DNA of 64,000 nt from Oikopleura dioica (lineage: Eukaryota > Animalia > Chordata): positions 5,146,001 through 5,210,000 of the forward strand of contig OU015569.1 in assembly GCA_907165135.1 (NCBI GenBank), read 5' to 3'. The translations under genes were made by a program, and so were the position numbers. The notes under the pieces are model-generated. The model was not told the DNA's origin, ran no database searches, and saw only the letters and a program-made list of their open reading frames with translations. Of the stretch, positions 36,890-48,728 are shown piece by piece; within the stretch, counting starts at the first letter, position 1, and each line of letters opens with the position of its first letter.

Positions 36890-39800
36890 TTATTTTTGGG
36901 ACAGAACATCACAGAGATTCTCAACGCATTTGCCCAGTAGCTCCTTGACAACATGGTGCATTTTTCGCTGCATGATGATCTGCAAGTTGGCGTTTTCGGG
37001 CTCACGGATGTCCCGCCATCCATCAGTGATTGAGACAACTTCCACTGGTGGAATTTCAACCTTCGGCGGACCCACGTCTTTTGACGCCTTTCCACGACGA
37101 CCTCCTTAAAAACATTTGGTCAGTAGAACTATTTGTAATTATTTTGAAAGAACTTCACTAACCTTTGCCTTTTTTCTGGGCAGCTGCTGCTGCCGCCGCT
37201 GCTGCAGCCTTTTCTGCAGCCTCTGCAGCTGCTTTCTCAGCCGCAGCTCTCTCCGCGGCTTCTTTAGCGAGAAGTGCGGCTTCTTTAGCGGCTATGATTG
37301 TTCTTTACAACTTTAAAGAATTTTCAACTTTTTACCGTTGCCAGCGCGTGTTTTTCTTGTTGCGGATGGAGTTTTTCGTAGATTCAAATCTCGTTTACTG
37401 ATACTGGTCAAGGTAGTTTCAGATGAAGAGGGTCTGTTCACTTTAAGTTCGGGGAAATCCTCAACCGGGAGAACCTTGAACGCCTGTCGAATCCAATTCA
37501 TCTCGTCTCCGATGCGCTCAATGCATTCGCCAACGACGTTCTTAAGTACATCATTGATGTCCGGTTGTGGAAGGGGCAGGAAGGTTTCTTCTTCGAGAAG
37601 CGATACGAGAGCCTCTTCGATGATCTGAAGCGCATCTTCTTTGCTTTCGAAGTCGTCAAGGGCGAGAATTTCGCGCTTCAATTTAGGAATGTCGTAGTCC
37701 CACTCGGCTGGATCATCCCATGGTTCAACGGTTGTATCCACTTGCTCAACACTAGAATAAATAAAATTAAAAATAATTGATTTAAAAAATGTACGTTTCA
37801 GAACTTTCGTCCTCGACGAGGCCAATTGTTGGAACGTCTTCTTGGGCGCTACTTGCACGGAGAATGTACTTGAGCCAGACTCGTCGCATGTTTTCAACCG
37901 GTTGGTATCGATAAGGAAGAGTTGGATTTTGAACTTTGAAGAGCTCTTCTTCTGACTTGGGTGCTTCGCCAAGAAGAGGTTGTGGCTTTGGTCGTATTCG
38001 CTGCAAAACTTTGTTAAGAATGTATTCAGAAGCCGATAATGCTTCTTCTCGTAATCTCTTCGCCGACTTGTTGTCATTTTCTGGCTGTCTTCCGATGCCT
38101 TTTAAGCTCACTGTGAAAGATGGCATTGATGGACTAAGCTGCAAGCTCCACACTTCATGGAAATGGCCTTTTTTCTCCGTCTTGAAGGAAAACTGAAGCG
38201 TCTCGCTTTGGCCAGGGAGGAGTTTTTTTGTCGCCGCGTTGAAGAAAAAGCGCTGCTTGTTGTTTCGATTAGGTCCGTCAAAGCTGATTTCTCGATGCTC
38301 CTTGTGCCAATCGAACATGGCTACAGTTGTGCCAACATTTGTTATAGTGATTTTGGCATGCTTCAGCTCGCCTATCATCGTATCGAAGTAGAGATAAACT
38401 GGGTGTCCGTTTTTGCACTTGGCTGTTACCACGTAGTCTTCCACTCGAACTGCTGGGCCTCTGATAAATCCATTAACAATAGAGGATTCTCTTTATTTCG
38501 GATTAGCCAAAGAGTAATATTGTATAAGCCTTGCCAATTTGGTTCGCCATAAGGTTGGTCAATAAACTCCTTGCCAAAGTGCAATCATGGAGGAAGCTCC
38601 TCATTTTGGTATGCTAATCCGATCCCTAGAGAGTGAAAGTGTACCTTCAGAAGCACTGTCAGAAAAGTTGCCATTATTTAATCTTTGTTGAGCTTGGTCC
38701 TCGAGAATTTCGGTGTCGGCTTCGTAATATTCTTTGCCTTTGACGATAATATTGTCGATATCGGGACGGTGTCCTTCGATTTCGGCAAGAATGTGTTTTA
38801 GCTTTTCAGTTCGCGAGACCAAATATTCCGAGTCAGGTCGATATGCGTACTTTTTGCTTTCACAAGTTTCTTCTTTGACGAGTTTTGGCTTTCCGATGCG
38901 TTCTAAAGGACGTGCCTGGCCCTTTTCAGATAAGCCAAGGCTCATTTTGAGGCCAGTCTCTTCGGGGCCAATAGTTTCGTATTGCCTCCAGAATTCAGAG
39001 CCAACTCGAAAGCCTTTGTTTTGGGTCAACTTCTGAGCTTCACGATCTATATTGAAACAAGAATTTTTGATCCCTATCCTTTTCCCTTATCAACAGCTGG
39101 GATAGCTCTATCAATAAGCTCTCGTACTTCGAGAGTGTGCCGAAAATCTTCTCCACTCATTCCAATAAGTTGGCTATTTTCTTTTTGAAGCAAAGAAGAA
39201 ATATATCCCTGCTGTTTTTTTCTGTGTGTCATGTGATCTTGCCAGTTTTTAAGCGCGTTCTTCGAGTTGATGCGGCTGTCAAGTTTGTAAACTGGGGGTG
39301 CTTCGTGGCTCAAGTCCATCTTGGCGCGAGTGATGCAGCTTGGCTTGCCGAGAAGTCGATTCCCGATTCGTTTGTCCATTTCTCCTGCTCCCATCGCCGA
39401 TTCAATGAAGTCCTCTTTTGACCCAATCAATTGCCAATCCTGTAACAAAGTAAGTAGATACAATCACACTATTAATATGATTTATATAATATAAACCTTT
39501 AGATTTTCAACATGACTTGCTCCAAATATAAGATCGTCTTCATGAACTGGCCAGTTGAGTGAGTCTTTTCTTTTGAGAAGCGTTATTCTATTCCGGAAAT
39601 CATAATCTGCATCGGCGTCGCCTGACATATTATTCTTACGGACTGTTATTGTTCGATTCTGACGCATATTTGAGCGCGTCACAAGAACTCGTCTGGCTTC
39701 TTCGATCGCTTCCTTCAAGAAATAATAGAGAAGTAAATCAAAAAATGAGATGCTACCTCAATTCTTTCAAGGTCGTCCGGATCGACCGCAAGTTGTTGAA

Positions 39801-40744
39801 TATCCTCTCCATCGATCACAGAAGAAGCCTTTTCTTCTTCCACTTCTGTTTCACCCTCTGTTGCTGCTGTTGAATCTTCATCTGATATTTTGCGCTTTGA
39901 GGTTTCTACAGAATTATGTTAGCGAAAAAAATTCCTGGCGAATGATTGTTTGATAAATGCTGTCGGTAAGATGCTCACTTATGCTTTCGCAACTAAATTA
40001 TTACCTTCATGAAGACTTCTTGTTGATGCGGTGTTCTTTTATGCCTGCTCAATAATTTGTTAATTTTTAAATTTCATATCCACACAAGTGAATTTGAAAA
40101 ATATGCAATCAGAATATCTTGCACAGATTCCTGCGGCGTTGGCTCCTGCTCTATATTCTCTTTCGAAGAAGTACTCGCCTTTTCAAGACTGGGAGGAGTA
40201 CTTGCTACGCTCTTTCGCGTTGTGCTTGTCACTGCCGATCCCGATGAGATTGATGTGGCCTCTGCCAGTTTGGATCAAAATCAACCGTTTCTATCTTTTT
40301 TTTTTTATATAAAATCTTGCTTGCTGAAAATAATCTTGATTTTGCAACCCTGTCTGAAGTTTCTTCTGATGCCGCTATACTTTCTGTGTTGCTCTCTTGT
40401 ACCGAGCTTTCTAAAAATTTGTATTAAAAACACTTACCCGTGCTTGTTCCCGAACTGCTTGTGTCATAAGAACTCGACAATGATGTCAGTGAGTTGACGA
40501 CACTGGTGAGCTGTCAGCTCGATCAAAATGATGATAAGAAAAGTATTTATAAACTTATTTAGATCTATTTCCTTCGCAGCTGCTCTAAGCTTGCCCTTCG
40601 CCATAAAATTCAATGATAAATTCTCTATACTAATTTTACAATTTTTGAAGCATGTTCTTTCTCCAGAGTGACAATAGAGCATCGACTCCGATTACCTGAC
40701 TTGTCTCTTTTGAGCGTTCTGTTGGACTCTGTCCGCTCGTCCAT
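36890..40744 (-). CDS. MYCBPAP: MYCBP-associated protein (AMAP-1)
   Basis: ALKNWQDHMTHRKKQQ, EFW..IG.E.TGL, IGKPKLVKEET, ITNVGTTVAMFDW, QRFFF..LLPGQSETLQFSFK..GHFHEVW, EEELFKVQNPTLPY. Confidence 0.85.
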
Positions 40745-40949
40745 TCTTGGAGCTTCTCAATTTAGCCTCCTCTTTTAGCGTTTCTCTTAAATCTCAGCTG
40801 GCTCAGAAAATATTTAAAATCAACTTAATTCTAGAGACTTTATTCTATTTTTGAAATGCGTAAATGAACTCGGAGCTGCGCGTTGCCATGGACACGATGC
40901 GAAAGTAACCGAGCAGATTTAGTTGATTTTTATTTCAAGCATTTAACTT

Positions 40950-41861
40950 TCAGTACTCTAAAGATTTCTTCGGGCCATTGACGATAATCGTTCTTCCTTT
41001 CGTAGAGTTTCTTCTACAGGGTCGTAGGATGATCCCACTTCGAATTTGACTAAGGAACGTTTCGCGTTGAGTCTTTTCCGGCTGTTCAACTTGTTTCATT
41101 TTTTAAAAGAAATATCGACCTCTCTTTTTTTACCTCCAATTGAAAAACGTTTTACTGGCTTCAACTGTGTTTTTGAATTTTTTGTCGATGGAGGTTTATG
41201 CTCGGCCCTTAAATTAAGTATAGAGTTTTATCGAATAGTTTAATTGTATGTAATTCTTCTACCGAATTCGAGTAAACGTCATTTTTCTGCCTGGAGTGGG
41301 AGAACATGGAGATGATGTTGTCGGAACGACAATCGACGAAGATGCTGGAATAGAAAAATCAACACTTTTATATTTAAACTTTTTAAAACATACATCTCTG
41401 ATGGCTTTGAATAGAGGAAACGCGACGTGTGCTATTCGAAGCTCCATAGGTTGAGTTTATTCGCGCTGGAGAAGCAGAAGTACTCAGAATGTTCTCCACT
41501 GAGTTACTTTTTCGTATTAGTTTTCGGCTCTTGATTTGAATAAGTGAATTGTCTCATATGGAATACACGTTAATTTCAATTACTCCAAGAAAAATAAGCC
41601 TAGATAGATAGAAAGGATAGTATTTCTTCCAATCCTGTTTTTGCACTCAGTAATTTTATTCTCTCTGCAATCGACAAGCGACCTAAATTTCAGATCGAGC
41701 TCATTTCCCTATCTCTTTATCACTAAAAAATACCTTCCATATTCAATCACTAACGGCAAATGAATTTTTAACTGAAGAAAGCAAGACATCTTCCCGGCGC
41801 CTTCGGAGCACTTGGAACTCAACCATCCGCGCAAGGCAGAATAAGCTTTCTCCTTCAACAT
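40950..41861 (-). CDS. Small Ser-rich protein with C-terminal WH2 motif
   Basis: GT-AG exons ending in RETFLSQIRSGIILRP. The 5' exon is tentative. Confidence 0.45.
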
Positions 41862-42177
41862 TCTTTTATCTTTCCTTTGCAAAAACAACTATTATTGAAC
41901 ACTGTTCTTTATTGAAATGTCTCCGTATATTTACTGAAAAATAATTCATAGTTTATTTCCGAACTTTTGAAGAAAATGTAAAAAAAAAAGTAAAAAAAGA
42001 CCGATTATATACTGTTGTGTTACTGTACAGAGAGTTTGGCGACTGCTGTTTCGTAAATTGAGGAAATGCGATTTTTGAGGATCGGAGCAAATTTCAAGTC
42101 TGCAATGGCTTCGAAGTTTTTACGTGGTAGGGTCAGCTCGAGAGTCAATTTTGTTATATTTGCTAAATATAAATTAA

Positions 42178-44444
42178 TTAGGAAGGATGGTCGTTTGATG
42201 TCGTCGTTGTGTGTCTTCTAAAAGCGCCCATCAAATTGCCGAAGCCTCGCTTAGAAGCCCCGAGGATGCTCTTCTCTATGGGTCATTTTTAGTTCACTTT
42301 GAGGAGAAAAATAATTTCTGCATCTTACTAAAATTGACCCTTGACTGTAGACTACTTTCTGGCTGATGGCATGCAGGAGCAAGTCTTTGATTTTTTGCTT
42401 CCACGGCTTTTTGGTATCGCAACTAGACTCGATTGAGCAGATGCAATAAATCATTAGTAACTAACCACGCATGCTTCTTGAAGAGCTTGGCTGAGCTCGA
42501 TTGCACTGGGATCGCAGCAGAGCACGTGACATCGGTATTCTTCTGGACCAATTAAATGGATAAAACCAAACATTCTGTTTGTAATTTCAGTAAATTTAAA
42601 AGTGAAATTTGCAATATTCTACCTAGCATCGTTTCCTATAGCCATAAAGCTCAAATATCTAAGACGAACGCGACTCAGTTCGCCATTGCAAGGGGAAGAT
42701 TTCGAGGAAAGAAGATCTGCGGGGGAGAGCTTTTCAAAAGAAGCTAAAGAGAACGCTGAAATCGTTAAATGAAAATAATAAAATACCGTGGTAGCAGAAA
42801 TAAACGCATTTGCAGGAGTCCACTCTGACTCGAGGTGGATGGTGAGCAGGCGACCGATGGCGTCCCGAATGGTCTCGATACCTGTAGGGTTGTTCACCGC
42901 GCAGTTGCCTACGTACTTCACTTGGAACTGATTGTAGGGCTCCGGGTCTTAATTGAATTCGAGACTTGAGTTCTAAGTTGAGCTAGCGCGGATGAGAAAA
43001 GCGAAGTGAGCGACAATTTCAATGAAATGGTTTTGTGATTGACGAGCGATCAAACCTTGAATGGAAAAGGGCCTTTGCTTTTCCTTGGCCATCTGTTAGA
43101 GTTGGATAAATATCTACTGAATGAGTAACAACTAAAAATGTTTCAGCAGTTCCAACTCGGTCCTTGATTTCGTTGGCTAGACGAAGGCAGTTGGCGTGGA
43201 TAGCAGCGGCGACTCCTTTGGCATCCGTCTCGCAGCGAAACACAAGGGCCATATCGGTCGATCCAACCCTACTCACCGAGTTCCCGACTTTGATCCCTTT
43301 ATTGGTAATAAAACTGCATGTGTGAACCCTGTCCTAGCGACGACGCCGATATCCAACTGATGCGCTGCCCAAACGCGGATCTAATAATGCAATAAAAGAT
43401 GTTGTTTGGTGCTTCTCACCGATGACAGCTTGATTGTCTCCAGAATTGCTCGTGTAACAGGATCGATAACGCGTATCTGTTCGGCCTCCACCACCAAATA
43501 AGCATCACTCTGCTGCTTTCCAGTTGACTGTCCACATTCATCTTCCTCCGGTGTATCCTATCATAATTAATAAGACGATCAACAGATGCTACAATAAAAT
43601 ATTATGGCTGACCTTTATGAGAGGTCGATATCCGAGGGAAAAGGATGTGCTTGATCTGGGGATATTTCGCGAGAGGCGGCGAATAGCATTCTGCAACTCA
43701 GACGAGAGATTTGTGTCAGCCACGATCTCTGTCGAGCCTAATTGACGTACTGGGAACACTTCTCCAGCGGTCGTCCACCGTCCGGAATGGTTTAATTGAC
43801 TACCCCTAAAACGGGTTTAAATGGGAACAAGGAAGAGTATCTGAAAAATCGCTCAGCTCGTGAATACCAGTCAACTCGGTTATCCCAGTCTTTGACCCAT
43901 TCGGTGGGAGAAGAGAGACTAGAATCAAACTCTGAAGAGATGCCTTCTTCCTCGAGAGGATTTGAGTACTCTTCCCAGTCAAGCTTGTCTAACAGCTGTT
44001 TATCGGCGTCAAATTCAAAGTCAAAGCTGCATCCATCTATCGCCGTGGATGCATTACAAACATTCAATTAAATAAATAATAATAAAGCAAAGCGTCCCAA
44101 TCTGCAGATTGTCGCGGTGGGAGAGGCTCTTCAAAAGTCTCCTCTGACATTTAAAATAAGATCAAACGGTTTTCTGTTTAGCGTTTCTCTAATGTGCCAT
44201 TTGCAGGGATTAAAATTGTGTATTCCCGAATCGTGGAAAAAATGGGCGGGTGGTTTCGACGACGGCTACCGATGCTGAGGGGAGTAAGCTGCAATATTAA
44301 TGAAGGTGACCTGCGCGGGACCAATCGCCCAGCGCCGATGAAGTTAAACTCGAGCTGGCCGTTGGGAATCGACGGCGGCCCGATGCGCCATCCCTCGCGC
44401 GCATGGACACTCGCCAAGCACGAACTGCGAACATCTACCAGCAT
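42178..44444 (-). CDS. APBB2: APBB/Fe65 family adaptor with two PTB domains
   Basis: PTB1 FPVRQLGSTEI..IRVW..VFRCE; PTB2 FQVKYVG..EWTP..RVRLRYLSFMAIGNDAR..CHVLCCDPSAIELSQALQEACLRYQK; tail KRGFGNLMGAF. Start unresolved (may extend to about 45140); paralog not resolvable. Confidence 0.85.
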
Positions 44445-45298
44445 CGCGACCGGGCAAAATATTTATTCATCACGAGCTGAGCGATGAAAAATCAAATATA
44501 ATTTCGTCAAGACTGATAAAGCACCGTTTACTTACGGAATATAAAGTGTTGGATTTGGCAGGAGTAATGTCTTAGGCTGAAATAGATTTTTATCAATTGA
44601 AATCATGGAAGACTACTAAATTCGATGTGCTTACTCGAGGACGACGCTTGAGGATAATGACATCTTCTTTTGGGCAGCCCATGGGGTGAGCGTTGCAAAA
44701 TGCCCCAAGGCGAATGCTTCGAGGGAGAACTAGCGCGCAAATTTTGACCAGCTAAATAATTTTAAAGCTATGTATCGTTATATTTTCACGGCGAGACCTG
44801 GTTTCTCCTTTTTCTAGACATTTTTTATAAATAAACCGGTCAAGATCCTTTGCCTTAGACCGAAAGAGAGGGTTTAAGAAAATTGAATTACCTTAGAAAG
44901 TCTTCGTTTTCTCTAGTTGCGTTTTGCGTATATGCATTTCTCGCAGCTCAATTCTCTATTCGTAAATTGACAGGCGCGTGTGCTCGTTCGTCCCGCGCTG
45001 TCGAGTGATAATGGCAACTGTAGTATGGCTACACTGGGTCGATTCTCTTTGGGAAGGAAAATCGACCTGCTGCTCTTTTTGCGTTTTTTGATTAGCGAGG
45101 CGAAGGGGGCCACTCTCCGCCGCCAGCTCAGCCATCGCCATCGATCGTGCAAGTATTTAATTTTAAAAAAGGAAAGCCTCAATAATGCAGCCGCCAGGGA
45201 GGATGTAACGTGTCCCCACCGGTTGACTCTCAGAATATTCATACAAAGGACACCTCGCTATGCAAACTACGGTAAACGACAGTGATCGGTCTTTTATT

Positions 45299-48200
45299 TT
45301 ATTGCTCTGGAAAAGGCTCAAATTCTTCGTAATAGTCATCCGGCTCAGCGTTGATTGTCTTGGTATATCTGCATCTGAAAAAGCCTGTATTGATCTTTAT
45401 TTTTGGTGTTAGAGTAATACTTGTTAGTGTGCATTGAAGACTCGACGCAAAAGTTAATGTTGCAAGAAATGTCCATGTTGTATTCTTCTATTCCCTGGTT
45501 GAAGACAAACGATCTCAGGTCGAGTTTTAACGGGAATAAAAATAATTTCTATTTGATGTGAAAACTCCATTCCTAAACGAAAATCGAAGCTCACGCTTTG
45601 CGAAAACACTAGGCGATCGCAACTTGGTACTTGTAAGTCGGCTTCCTCGCCCGTTCCAAACGATGTCATAGTATTTTGGGTCCGGTACATCTCGCTCAGA
45701 TACTCGGCAATTCTTTCAAGTTTCATTATTCTTTGATTATTAAACCATATTGTGATTTTTGCCAAAGCCAATAAATTTCAAAATTAAGAAACCTTCCTGG
45801 GCATAAAACACCACTGGGGAAGCAAGAGTCAATCCAATATCCCAGACTATTTTGAAATATATATTCCTCCCAATAGACATTGACCTGCTGGTGTCTTGTA
45901 AGTCTACTTGTTTCTTAAGGATATAAGCTATGAATTTGAACTTTCGTAGCGCCTAAATGCGTTGTAGGATCATTTTCATTTCAAAAGCAATCCTACCTAA
46001 AAATGCACGCAAGACTCAAATATGGTATTTTTAAAAAAAATTTTATTGAAAATTTTCCTTTTAGAGCGATTTCAAATCTTACTCTCTCGATTTCTCGAAA
46101 TTTTTCCATTGCATCGCTAAAACTAAACCGTGTCTTTTATTTCGATGATGTTAAGCTAGAAAATTGACGGGCTTTTATTTCGAAAATCTTTCGAATTTTT
46201 ATTCTAGCGTTTTCCTCTTTCTTGCTCGTGTTTTTCTTCTTTTTGTGCTTTTTCGCTTGCAACCAATCAAAGCGCTACGCTCAACCGCGCCACTCTCACG
46301 GAAAAGAGGAGTCGAGAGAGCGAGCGCCCAGCGCGCCGCTTTTTACACTATTCGCGCGCTTGGTAAGCCTCATGAAAATGGCTCTAAAATCGGTTTCGGT
46401 CGGAATTAGGAAAAACTGATCCGTCAATTTTGTAGATAAGGGTTAAGAGAAGTTATTTATCGAAAAAACTGGACCGATTTAGTGGAAAAAATTCGAGGAA
46501 TCGAGAGAGTAAGATTTTAAATCGCTCTAAAAGGAAAATTTTCAATAAAATTTTTTTTAAAAGTACCATATTTGAGTTTTGCGTGCATTTTTAGGTAGGA
46601 ATACTTTTGAAGTGAAAATGATCCTACTTCGCATTTAGGCGCTACGAAAGTTCAAATTCATAGCTTATATCCTTAAATGCAGCCGTTTCATAGATCACAA
46701 TCTCCGGTCGCGTTTCGAATCTCGAGCTTTCTTCAAAAAGACCATTGCTGAAGTCACGTGTGACGATCTGAAATTTTATGCAAAAAATTTAAAAGTTTAT
46801 TTAAAAGTACCATTCCAATGTTTCTACCCCCAAGTTCTCTTGTTCGTTTATAGACGCGAACTTCGTTTGAGAACGAGCACATAAAACTCAACCTATGGCT
46901 GAGATGGAAGTTCTGAATAAAATCCCCTTCGGGAGTTGGTTTTTCAAGGTCAATCGACATCAAGAAGCTGATTTGTTTGTCTGAGACGATCATTTCCATT
47001 CCACAGTCGTCCAAGGGAATGTCGAATTGTAGGAATTGATTGTATATGTCCAGAGTTTTCATTTTAGGACCATTTGGTTTCGGATTGATTGTACCGTTAT
47101 GCGCCTCTACCGTGCACTCATTCAAAGAAGAGTCCATTTCGTTGATTCTTGTCGCGTTATTGAGAATGAATGTTGCCGCCTTACCATTGGAATCAACAAC
47201 GCCAGGATTTTCAAAAGCGTCTTTTCTGACCTTTACCGTCATGTACGTGGGGTTGCAGCTGAGTTCGACGCATTGGGGATTTTCGATTATGCATTCGTAC
47301 TTTCCACTCTCTCGCAGTTTTGCCGACCAACATCCAGTAGTACTTTGAAGTTCTTTTTCCGTTTTTCGATCGAATACGGAGTTGGGCCCGTATGAATTCC
47401 CTTGGCAAGTAGGAAATGACTGTGCGGAGCGAATCGCCGAGTGATAAACTTCTCTGACGGTTCGTTTCTAAAAAGATCGGAGTTTTTCTATTCAACCTGT
47501 CTTTCTGTACCGTGTAGTCTTTTTCCGATGGTGCCTTTTTAGGGAGCACATGCCTTTTACTGGTTCTTTGTTTTTATAAGTAAAAGCGTGGCACTCATTG
47601 CCAGGATAATCTTGGCACTCTTTTCCGCAATCATAAAATGACTTGACGTACTTCTCAACAAGATCGTTTCCGAGAATGTATGTGTCCTCGAAGTTCCAGT
47701 ACGGATTCGAGCCAATAAAAGTCTGCACTTTGTTTCCAGATGGCTCAAATAAGCTTCTTGCATTCGACATCCCTCGAAGCAATTTTTCTACAAGATCGTT
47801 TCTGTCGACTTCCCCGTAATTCCCATTGAAGCGAGGAATTGCAGTCTTAGCGACAAAATTGTTGATCTGTTCGGAATCAAACGGCCGTTGTTCCCTTTGT
47901 GCACGAGTAATAGTGTCATTCGCAATTACTTCATCTTAAAATTTGAGTTTTAACGAATCGAGCCCTCAATTTACTTCTTGTACCTTGCGGAAGTTTTTCG
48001 TAAAGAGTCATTCTCGGCAAATCAATGTTGAAATCTGCACATTCCGGAACAAGGCTCTCGAATTCTTTGTCCAGGTTGCAATTGACGTGTGAGATTTTTA
48101 TCTCATCCGCAATGTTCTTTCTCCAGGAGTCTACGTATCGAATTTTGTAGTCTGCAATTGTCATGATTTCGTTCATTTGAGGGCAGTTTTTGCAAAGATT

Positions 48201-48408
48201 CGAAGCGACGTAGACCAGGCAAAGATATCTCCCATCCTTAATTTGTTCTTTAGAATCATTCAATCCCAATAGATTCAACCTCTAAGCAATCGATCAAAGA
48301 TTCAGGATCTGTCCACTGTATCTCGCTCTGCTCTACAAACTGCACGCCATGGGTGTTGAAGAAAAAGCATAAAATCAGGGATATATGCAGTAGTTTTAGT
48401 TCGATCAT
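45299..48408 (-). CDS. Secreted thioredoxin-like + PAN/Apple + ZP-domain protein
   Basis: Signal MIELKLLHISLILCFFFNTHG; CKNC motif; PAN CGKECQDYPGNECHAFTY..CSLK; ZP-N LSCNPTYMTVKV..IPLDDCG..FMCSF; ZP-C IYFKIVW..CRV..YYDIVWNGC..SFVF..DISCNINFAC. Confidence 0.8.
45919..46672. mobile_element. Long-TIR MITE with TTAA target duplication and GG..CC termini (Kolobok-type)
   Basis: About 190-bp inverted arms, first 43 bp identical (GGATATAAGCTATGAATTTGAACTTTCGTAGCGCCTAAATGCG); TTAA at 45915-45918 and 46673-46676; no transposase-like ORF. Confidence 0.92.
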
Positions 48409-48728
48409 AAAAGTCAACTATCGGGGAAAATTTTCACAGCTCAGTTGAGCAGCTTTTTTGAGTTTTAATGTTTGGACAATTCGTGTCACTGGCATAGACG
48501 GTTTATGTAAATCCACTTTCGTCAATAATTTGTTATAGTCTCGTCTATTCTTCTGATGCAATAGCAATTTCAAAGAAAAAATCTTCTTTCCTAATCAGAG
48601 CCCATCATTTGTCCCTCAGACAGAGTATTTTTTGCCCGTCAAACTCTTCGGCGCGTGTCGAAACAAACAGGAGTGCAGTTTCGACTTTAATAAAGAGCCG
48701 TAGTCAATTTTATAAAACAAAAAGAAAA

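Noticed and set aside
37116-37401. Plus-strand poly-Ala and Cys-rich ORFs
   Set aside because: They are antisense shadows of the Ala/Glu/Lys-rich MYCBPAP exon.
40950-42180. WH2 exons as a C-terminal extension of the Fe65 gene
   Set aside because: Fe65 ends at a conserved tail and stop at 42178, so the WH2 exons belong to a separate gene.
46164-46419. ORFs inside the long MITE as transposase remnants
   Set aside because: Short, low-complexity, non-ATG starts, and no DDE or zinc-finger motifs.
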